In this document: positions 9,641 to 16,410 of the stretch, one piece after another
Position numbering within the stretch: the first letter of the stretch is position 1
Layout of the letters: every line of letters begins with the position of its first letter
DNA from: Chlamydiales bacterium
GTDB taxonomy: Bacteria; Chlamydiota; Chlamydiia; Chlamydiales; SM23-39
Reading direction: 5' to 3'
DNA length: 64,000 bases
NCBI GenBank assembly: GCA_035480615.1
Contig: DATIHO010000048.1
Location: 2,849-66,848 of the forward strand
Notes under the pieces: model-generated
Told to the model about the DNA's origin: nothing
Database searches by the model: none
What the model saw: the letters and a program-made list of their open reading frames with translations, nothing else
Program-made: the position numbers and the translations under genes

Positions 9641-10434
9641 CCTGAAAGAGCCGCATGCGATACCTGATCTGTAAAAACAGCCCAGCAGCTATTGGAAGGA
9701 AAATCCCAATAGTCTTTTTTACAATTTTTTTGAAAATCGGTGCTTTCTTTCAAAAAATTATGAAGTTGTAACATAAAAATATCGTAAGGAGAGCGAAAAT
9801 TCGATTTTATTCCTGATGCGCGAAGGAAAAGCTGCGTTTTGCGCCGGATCTTTGCAAAGAACGAATAGTCAACCGATTTAGGAAAAGGAACACCATGCCC
9901 TCCATATTTTTCAGCAAGAGCGGCAAAAGGGTCCGAAGTAATCCAATTGCGGCTCATTTCCGGATTGATATTTGTGAAAAATCGAAAAATTCGATGCCCA
10001 TGAAGGGGCCGGGTAGGAAATGCATCGATATGGAGAAGGTCGTTTCTCGCTCGAAGGCGCAAATCCCTTCCCTTTTCCTGAAACGGACGAAAGCTGGTGT
10101 AGTCTATTTTCCAATGCCGGGCATAAGGCGTTAAAGCCAAGTCTAAAAACCCTTTCACCCTCTCTGAATAGCGTCGTAAGATCTCTTTTAAAATTTTTGC
10201 ATTTTCCTCATCCGACTCATGGTTTGTGATCTGATCGATCTGAGGCTTATATGCAATATTTTTCCGCCTTTTTGCTTGTGTTTGTTTTTGCTGTAAAAGA
10301 AAATGAATTTCATTTTGAGGAAATGGAAAGGGAATAGTGGGGAAAAAAAGAATGTTCCCCTTTTCAAGTTCTTTAGCCAAGAAATAAGGATCTTCTTCAG
10401 CTTTATCCACTATAATTTTTTTTGCCATCGTCAT
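9499..10434 (-). CDS. Kdo hydroxylase-like (KdoO family, Fe/2-oxoglutarate dioxygenase) protein
   Basis: Blocks LEKGNILFFP, KNIAYKP, TSFRPFQEKGR and NDLLHIDAFPTRPLHGHRIFRFFTNINP match my recollection of the Kdo_hydroxy family. Not verified by any search. Confidence 0.55.
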   Translation of the reverse strand: MTMAKKIIVDKAEEDPYFLAKELEKGNILFFPTIPFPFPQNEIHFLLQQKQTQAKRRKNIAYKPQIDQITNHESDEENAKILKEILRRYSERVKGFLDLALTPYARHWKIDYTSFRPFQEKGRDLRLRARNDLLHIDAFPTRPLHGHRIFRFFTNINPEMSRNWITSDPFAALAEKYGGHGVPFPKSVDYSFFAKIRRKTQLFLRASGIKSNFRSPYDIFMLQLHNFLKESTDFQKNCKKDYWDFPSNSCWAVFTDQVSHAALSGQYALEQTFLIPVSAMLFPDKSPLRVLERLSGRNLLDSELEEKCFLR

Positions 10435-11218
10435 CCTTGATGTAAGCTAACCGAATCAATCGCCATCTGAGACAGGTTTGTTGATCGGCATAAGAAAAAA
10501 AAGGCTCTCCCCTGGAAAATAGCCGAATCTCGGCATCGGTCAGCCGCATCAAAATCGCGCGCGCGCACCGTACATCTTTCACCGCCCGATGCAAATGCTT
10601 GGCAGCGTTACGCATCCTCCAATGGCAATGCATCAGTCTGAAAAAGCCGGCCCCCACCCAACAAGCCACAGCCAATTGCCCCCAGATAGAAAACAAACTA
10701 GCCACAGCAAACGTTAAAAATGCCCATACCTCCCACGACCTTCGCACAATGGGACCAAAGGCTCTGCGCCACCACTTTTCAGAAACTAAAAACGCAAAAA
10801 ATTCCTCTGATTTTGGCTCATCAAACGCGCTTCTCGCCGCGTGGACCGACTCATGCGCCAGGATTTCATCCCGACTATATCCAAGATACGCCCCTTTTTT
10901 CAATGCCGCTTTAAGCTGCATGGATGTGATCCGCCCTTCTTCAATCCATACCGCCGCCCCTTGCCAGAGGGCGAGTCCCGAATTTGAATAAAAAACAGGC
11001 AGGCAATGGGGCTCAAAATCAAAAACTTCTTTCAAATGGACTCGCACCCATTCCCAATGGTGTTTGGGCATCTTTGACCCTTGTTCAAATGCCGATTTTA
11101 CAGAATCGATTCTTTTTAAAAACATCTCTTCCGTTTCCTGAGGGCCGGGAATAAATCCTTGCCTATTCAAAAAAAGCAACTCTGAATCGCTAATCATGAA
11201 AAAACACCCGTTTGACAC
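10403..11218 (-). CDS. Hypothetical membrane protein with an HExxH motif
   Basis: 271-aa ORF containing HESVH (HExxH) followed by two hydrophobic segments. The true start may be the internal M of MISDSELL (~11197). Confidence 0.5.
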   Translation of the reverse strand: MSNGCFFMISDSELLFLNRQGFIPGPQETEEMFLKRIDSVKSAFEQGSKMPKHHWEWVRVHLKEVFDFEPHCLPVFYSNSGLALWQGAAVWIEEGRITSMQLKAALKKGAYLGYSRDEILAHESVHAARSAFDEPKSEEFFAFLVSEKWWRRAFGPIVRRSWEVWAFLTFAVASLFSIWGQLAVACWVGAGFFRLMHCHWRMRNAAKHLHRAVKDVRCARAILMRLTDAEIRLFSRGEPFFSYADQQTCLRWRLIRLAYIKDDDGKKNYSG

Positions 11219-11265
11219 TTTGTCGAAAAATCGGCTACCATCGATCCATTTTGAGGATTTAAAAA

Positions 11266-13812
11266 ATGGGCAAAGCCCTTGTTATTGTTGAATCTCCTGC
11301 TAAAATCAGGACTCTTAAGAAATTTTTAGGCTCCAATTATTCTTTTGAATCATCGGTAGGTCATATTCGCGATCTCCCTCCAAAAGAGTTCGGGATCGAT
11401 GTGGAACACGATTTTGAGCCTAAATATATCACAATGCCGGACAAGAAGGAAGTGATAGCCAAGCTTCAAGCCGCCGCAAAAAAAGTAGATATCGTTTATT
11501 TATCTCCAGACCCTGATCGCGAAGGAGAAGCAATCGCATGGCATATTGCCTCGATCCTTCCCAAAGGGACCGCCTTCAAAAGAACATCCTTTCAGTCAAT
11601 TACAAAAGACGCTGTGAAAGAAGCGCTCGAGCATCCTCGAGACATCGATATGGATCTTGTGAATGCACAACAAGCCAGACGCCTCCTGGATCGGATCGTC
11701 GGCTACAAAATTTCTCCTATTCTTGCGCGCAGAGTCAAGCGAGGAAAAAGCGGCACATCTGCCGGCCGGGTCCAATCGGTAGCTTTAAAATTGGTAGTAG
11801 ACCGCGAAAAAGAGATCGACGCCTTCCGTCCGGTCGAATATTGGAATATCGGAGCTGTTCTTGAGGGCCAATCCATTGACCGCCCGTTCATCGCTACTCT
11901 TTATACTGTAAATGGACTCAAAGTCGAAAAAGAGCCTCGCGAGAAAGAATGTTTTTTGATCCCCGATGCAAAAACAGCTCAAGAAATTGTAAATAAACTA
12001 AAAGTCGCTCATTTCCTCATCGGTCATGTGGAGAAAAAAGAGCGCAAAAGACACCCTGTCCCCCCTTTTATTACCTCCACATTGCAACAAGAGGCAAGTC
12101 GTCATTATGGATTTTCCGTATCCAGGACAATGAGTATCGCTCAAGGGCTCTATGAAGGCATCGACATGGGCAAAGAGGGCACAGAGGGGCTTATTACCTA
12201 CATGCGTACCGATTCGGTCAATATTGCGCCGGAAGCTTTAAAAATCGCTCGCGATTATATTAGCAAACAGTTTGGGGCCGCTTATCTTCCCGAGCAACCC
12301 CGTGTTTATGCATCAAAAAAAACGGCTCAGGAAGCTCACGAAGCGATCCGGCCGACCAATCCGGTTCGCGATCCGGAACGGATCCGCCAATATCTTTCCA
12401 TCGACCAATATAAACTCTACCTTCTCATTTGGCGCCGTTTTATGGCCTCTCAAATGAATCCGGCTATTTATGACACCGTCTCGGCTGACATTGACACAGA
12501 CCAGGGCCTCGTCCTTCGGGCCACAGGCTCCATCATCAAATTTAACGGCTTTCTCGCGGTGTACGAAGAGAAAAAGGATCGAGGGTTAGATGAAGACGAG
12601 GACATAAAAACCCTTCCCGACCTTCAATCTGCAATGCCCCTGTCTCTTGTTGACGTCATGTCGGACCAGTCATTTACCAAGCCGCCTCCCCGATTTACCG
12701 AAGCCTCGCTCGTTAAAGAACTCGAGCGGCTTGGCATTGGCCGCCCGTCGACTTATGCGGCGATCATGAATAAGATTCAAAGCCGAGACTATACGACGAA
12801 AGAAAATCAGACATTAAAACCTACAGAACTCGGAAAAGTGATCGCACAAATGTTGGAAGAAAACTTCCGCCCGATCATGGATGTGACCTTTACGGCTCAA
12901 ATGGAAGATCAATTGGAGCAAGTAGCCGAGCATAATAAAAATTGGAAAGAATTACTTCGCGACTTTTGGCGCGACTTTATCCCTCTTGTGGACAAAGCGG
13001 AAAAGGAGGCTGTCGTCCCAAAGCTTCTCACTGAACTCGACTGCCCCAAATGCGGCCATAAACTCCAAAAAATCTGGTCGAGAAATAAGTATTTCTACGG
13101 TTGTTCCCACTATCCTGATTGTGATTTCACAAGTGCCATCGAAGCAATCACTTTTAATAAAGACGACTATGCTCCGAACTTCAATTGGGAACAACTTTGC
13201 CCTCAATGCAATTCCCCCATGACCCTTCGCCACGGCCGTTTCGGTCCATTCCTTGGCTGCTCTAGCTACCCCGAATGCAAAGGAATCGTAAACATTCCAA
13301 AAAAAGGGGAAAAGATCTACGGAGCCGCAGAGCTTCCTTCGTGTCCTGCTATTGGTTGCGATGGACATCTCACTCAGCGCAAATCCCGCTTCGGAAAAAC
13401 CTTTTTTTCTTGCAGCAACTATCCCGATTGCGATGTGATTGTCAACACCCTTGACCAGCTTGGGACGAAATATCAAAATCACTCAAAAACACCTTATGTG
13501 AAAAAATCACGCCGCGGCGGCAAAAAGGGGGAACCATTGTCTAAAAAGAAAACCAAAAAAGCCGCGAGCAGGGCTCCCTCAACGCTTTATAAACTTTCTA
13601 CAGAACTTTCCGCGCTCCTCGGAGAAGAAGAACTTTCGCGCGTCGATGTGACAAGACAAATTTGGGCCTATATCAAATCGCACAACTTACAAGATCCATC
13701 TGATAAACGCCTGATCCGCCCCGATCCCGCCCTTGCAAAAATCTTTGGGTCAGATCAACCTCTTCATATGATGAAGCTCGCTGCGATTTTGAATAAACAT
13801 ATGAAAAAATGA
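11266..13812 (+). CDS. topA: DNA topoisomerase I with three C-terminal zinc ribbons and a terminal SWIB/MDM2 domain
   Basis: A TOPRIM N-terminus (ALVIVESPAKIRT, DPDREGEAIAWH) is followed by the type IA core. Three CxxC...YPDC ribbons and a K-rich linker come next. The protein ends in a SWIB-like tail (LSRVDVTRQIWAYIKSHNLQDPSDKRLIRPDPALAKIFG). Confidence 0.95.
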   Translation: MGKALVIVESPAKIRTLKKFLGSNYSFESSVGHIRDLPPKEFGIDVEHDFEPKYITMPDKKEVIAKLQAAAKKVDIVYLSPDPDREGEAIAWHIASILPKGTAFKRTSFQSITKDAVKEALEHPRDIDMDLVNAQQARRLLDRIVGYKISPILARRVKRGKSGTSAGRVQSVALKLVVDREKEIDAFRPVEYWNIGAVLEGQSIDRPFIATLYTVNGLKVEKEPREKECFLIPDAKTAQEIVNKLKVAHFLIGHVEKKERKRHPVPPFITSTLQQEASRHYGFSVSRTMSIAQGLYEGIDMGKEGTEGLITYMRTDSVNIAPEALKIARDYISKQFGAAYLPEQPRVYASKKTAQEAHEAIRPTNPVRDPERIRQYLSIDQYKLYLLIWRRFMASQMNPAIYDTVSADIDTDQGLVLRATGSIIKFNGFLAVYEEKKDRGLDEDEDIKTLPDLQSAMPLSLVDVMSDQSFTKPPPRFTEASLVKELERLGIGRPSTYAAIMNKIQSRDYTTKENQTLKPTELGKVIAQMLEENFRPIMDVTFTAQMEDQLEQVAEHNKNWKELLRDFWRDFIPLVDKAEKEAVVPKLLTELDCPKCGHKLQKIWSRNKYFYGCSHYPDCDFTSAIEAITFNKDDYAPNFNWEQLCPQCNSPMTLRHGRFGPFLGCSSYPECKGIVNIPKKGEKIYGAAELPSCPAIGCDGHLTQRKSRFGKTFFSCSNYPDCDVIVNTLDQLGTKYQNHSKTPYVKKSRRGGKKGEPLSKKKTKKAASRAPSTLYKLSTELSALLGEEELSRVDVTRQIWAYIKSHNLQDPSDKRLIRPDPALAKIFGSDQPLHMMKLAAILNKHMKK

Positions 13813-14975
13813 TTGTTCTTCGATCATCTCTTTTGCCCTCCAAAGCAATCCTTTTTTTTCTTTGGCTATTCCTTCTCGTATTTCCGAAAGGAGGATTTAA
13901 AATTGGTGCGATTCCCATCACTTGGGGATATGTGCTTTTGGGCATTGTCTCTCTTTTTTCCCTTTTTAGAAACCGTTACATGTTTCACAATTTAAGATTC
14001 AGCGCTTTTTTATTTACAATACCATTTCAAATAATCAGCATAATCAGTTTTATCATTCATGGAGTTGCAGATAACTCGTTATTAATTTCATTTTTAGTCA
14101 GTCTGCTATTTCTTCCATGGATTTTTTATCTTTTTTTGTCAGAATATATTGACTCTATGAATCTGTGCTTATTCCTTAGATTAGTAAAGACAGGTGTTCT
14201 TTTCGTTTCTTCATACGGAATTGCTCTTTTTATAATCAAATTAATAACGGGAAAATTAATTGAAATTCCATTTCTAACTGTAAACTACCATGATTATGGA
14301 GAAGTTGAAAACAAATGCAACAATAGGGGAAGTGTGTTTAAACTCATTTCCACTTATAATAATGGAAATATTTACGGAATATGCATTTTAATGCTGCTTC
14401 CGCTATATCAATTTCTGGAGTCTTCCAGATGGAAAAAAACCACAGTTTTTCTTTCTTTGATCTTATCTTTCTCTCGAACTGTCTGGGCAGGTTTGATTTT
14501 TAGTGAAATTATCGCATCCATTCTTCTAAAGAAGAAAAACATAATATTAAAATTGCTCACTACTCTTGCAATTTCTTTGATTGCAATCTTATCTATTACT
14601 TTCTATTTTGGATTTGATTTTTCGTTTCTCTTTGATGTAACAATGGGAGGCAGGGTCGATCAACTGGAATCCTTCAGTGCAATGCATCTTTTCCCCATCC
14701 AATCTTTTAGCGGAATCAATGAAATCGTGTATTTCGGGATCTTATCGAATTTTGGAATCGTTGGTCTGTTAAGTTTTGTAGCGGCATTGACGGGCCCCAT
14801 TTTATTTTCCTTTTCATATCCCTCTTTTTCACCCATCCGACAAGCCATCCTTTGCGGGCTGATCAATTATCTTTTTCTGTCCCTTTCGGATGGCGCTCTT
14901 CTTTTGATCCCTGTACTTGTATTTTACTGGTTTCTAAGCGCTCTGATTCTACGACAAGATTTATACCCGAAGTGA
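13809..14975 (+). CDS. Polytopic membrane protein, O-antigen ligase/polymerase-like (Wzy_C-like)
   Basis: About 10 predicted TM segments, plus an LSFSRTVWAGL block resembling the Wzy_C signature. Its start overlaps the topA stop as ATGA. The middle of the gene is visibly more AT-rich than its neighbours. The last four codons and the stop lie inside hairpin module A. Confidence 0.5.
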   Translation: MIVLRSSLLPSKAILFFLWLFLLVFPKGGFKIGAIPITWGYVLLGIVSLFSLFRNRYMFHNLRFSAFLFTIPFQIISIISFIIHGVADNSLLISFLVSLLFLPWIFYLFLSEYIDSMNLCLFLRLVKTGVLFVSSYGIALFIIKLITGKLIEIPFLTVNYHDYGEVENKCNNRGSVFKLISTYNNGNIYGICILMLLPLYQFLESSRWKKTTVFLSLILSFSRTVWAGLIFSEIIASILLKKKNIILKLLTTLAISLIAILSITFYFGFDFSFLFDVTMGGRVDQLESFSAMHLFPIQSFSGINEIVYFGILSNFGIVGLLSFVAALTGPILFSFSYPSFSPIRQAILCGLINYLFLSLSDGALLLIPVLVFYWFLSALILRQDLYPK

Positions 14976-14999
14976 TTCAAAAGTTGGCCTTTGGGTATA
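14962..14999 (+). repeat. Hairpin module A (TATACCCGAAG-N16-CTTTGGGTATA)
   Basis: The 38-bp sequence tatacccgaagtgattcaaaagttggcctttgggtata is identical to 41752-41789 except for one base. Confidence 0.9.
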
Positions 15000-15166
15000 T
15001 AGAGGGAATTGCAAAACTAACAACCTGAAGGAGCCAAAAATGCTCCAGTAGAACGCAATCTTTCGCCACATCTCACCACAACTTTGCCTTGAATAGAATC
15101 TCCCTAATTTCCTAAAATTATTGCTGTTACACGTTTTGAGCTGTTGTGGAGTACGGCAGCTTAGAA

Positions 15167-15210
15167 GACTGTTAATCCATTGGTCGCAAGTTCGAATCCT
15201 GCACCCGGAA
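15167..15210 (+). pseudogene. tRNA-Asn(GUU) 3'-half remnant (anticodon loop, T arm and 3' acceptor strand only)
   Basis: The sequence gaCTGTTAAtccattggtcGCAAGTTCGAATCCTGCacccgga matches the anticodon-loop, variable-region, T-arm and acceptor layout of bacterial tRNA-Asn. No complementary 5' acceptor strand or D arm lies upstream. Confidence 0.6.
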
Positions 15211-15220
15211 TGTCGTCTTT

Positions 15221-15505
15221 ATGAAAAGTTGGTCTATCATATTTAGGGTTCATGCTGTTCAACGAATGTTTGAACGGCAGATAAGCGAAGAAAATGTAAA
15301 ATATGTAATTCAAAAGGGTGAAGTTATTGAAAATCACCCTTCGGACCAACCCTACCCCAGTAAACTAATTTTGGGGTGGATTGGTTTCAGGTCTTTGCAT
15401 ATTGTGCTTGCTGAAAATGCACAGCAAAAGGAATGGATTGTAATTACAGTCTATGAACCTGACCCTAGTAAGTGGGATGATAACTTTAGAAGGAGAAAGC
15501 CATGA
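15221..15505 (+). CDS. DUF4258-family toxin-like protein
   Basis: RVHAVQRMFERQISEENVKYVIQKGEVIE...SLHIVLAEN...IVITVYEPD fits the DUF4258 pattern. It overlaps the downstream gene by 4 bp (ATGA). Confidence 0.6.
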   Translation: MKSWSIIFRVHAVQRMFERQISEENVKYVIQKGEVIENHPSDQPYPSKLILGWIGFRSLHIVLAENAQQKEWIVITVYEPDPSKWDDNFRRRKP

Positions 15506-15729
15506 AATGTATGATTTGCAAGAAAGGGGAGACTGCAAAAGGCATGGTAACGGTGACTCTTGAGCGCGGTGAAATGACCTTAGTAATAAAAAAAGTTCCT
15601 GCTAATGTTTGTCAAAATTGTGGAGAGGAATACGTAGATGAATCTACGACTTCGCAACTTCTCAAAACAGCAGAGGATGCTTTAAAAATGGGTGTTCACG
15701 TAGATATTCGCAATTTTCAGCTGGCATGA
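15502..15729 (+). CDS. YgiT/MqsA-type zinc-finger antitoxin-like protein
   Basis: The layout CxxC...VPANVCQNCGEEYVDESTTSQL is typical of the YgiT-type zinc finger that partners DUF4258 proteins. Confidence 0.65.
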   Translation: MKCMICKKGETAKGMVTVTLERGEMTLVIKKVPANVCQNCGEEYVDESTTSQLLKTAEDALKMGVHVDIRNFQLA

Positions 15730-15860
15730 GAGGTAATGTTGAGCTGTTTATAGCTAATGAGGCTTGGTTTAAAGATTAAGGAAACGTAAAAAAATCTTTT
15801 AAAATTCATCAAAATTTTGCTACAATCCTCCGATCAACAACCCATATATGGAGACATGTT

Positions 15861-16334
15861 ATGCTAATATCATCACAATCACTTTCCACACGATCTCTTC
15901 TCATGGCGCAAGCTTATGTCACAAATTGTCTAGCTCTTAATGAACCATGGCTCGTAGATGCGCTTGCTGATGAAGTGAGTGCTGTTTGGGCAAGAGTCGA
16001 ATCTGGTTTGGAATTACAGAAAACAGTAACAGAAGGAAAAGATGCTGTAGCAGAGCATTTTCAAAATACTTTCTTTGCAGTTACGAATAATTTCGATTTA
16101 TTGGAAGCAAAGTATTTTGCTTTTGGTCCGCAAGTTACCTTAAAATGTGTTATAGACCAGGATAAGATAGATCCCGATCAAGTCCAAAGGAGATACCACA
16201 TGATTTGTAATATAGATCTCGAGTTCAAAGAGGAAGGAGAGAATCTGAAAATCGTCAAAATCTGGGAAAGAACGTCCAAGCACCTCATCCGTGCGCGGTG
16301 CAATGACCTTAGTGGTAAAAAAAGTTCCTGCTAA
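15861..16334 (+). CDS. Hypothetical protein whose C-terminus reads out of frame into a duplicated antitoxin fragment
   Basis: 157-aa ORF with no family recognised. Its last ~14 codons lie inside the 119-bp duplicate (16292-16410), in a different frame from the antitoxin. Confidence 0.35.
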   Translation: MLISSQSLSTRSLLMAQAYVTNCLALNEPWLVDALADEVSAVWARVESGLELQKTVTEGKDAVAEHFQNTFFAVTNNFDLLEAKYFAFGPQVTLKCVIDQDKIDPDQVQRRYHMICNIDLEFKEEGENLKIVKIWERTSKHLIRARCNDLSGKKSSC

Positions 16335-16410
16335 TGTTTGTCAAAATTGTGGAGAGGAATGCGTAGATGAATCTACGACTTCGCAACTTCTCAAAACAGC
16401 AGAGGATGCT
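16292..16410 (+). repeat. 119-bp direct duplicate of the antitoxin gene segment 15564-15682 (~4 mismatches)
   Basis: gcgcggtgcaatgaccttagtggtaaaaaaagttcctgctaatgtttgtcaaaattgtggagaggaatgcgtagatgaatctacgacttcgcaacttctcaaaacagcagaggatgctt aligns with 15564-15682. The duplicate ends at the stop codon of the minus-strand adhesin gene. Confidence 0.85.

Noticed and set aside
15135-15210. Possible complete tRNA gene
   Set aside because: Only the anticodon loop, T arm and 3' acceptor strand are recognisable. The upstream 30 nt cannot form the acceptor or D stems (the expected 5' strand TCCGGGT is absent). It was therefore called a remnant, not a tRNA.
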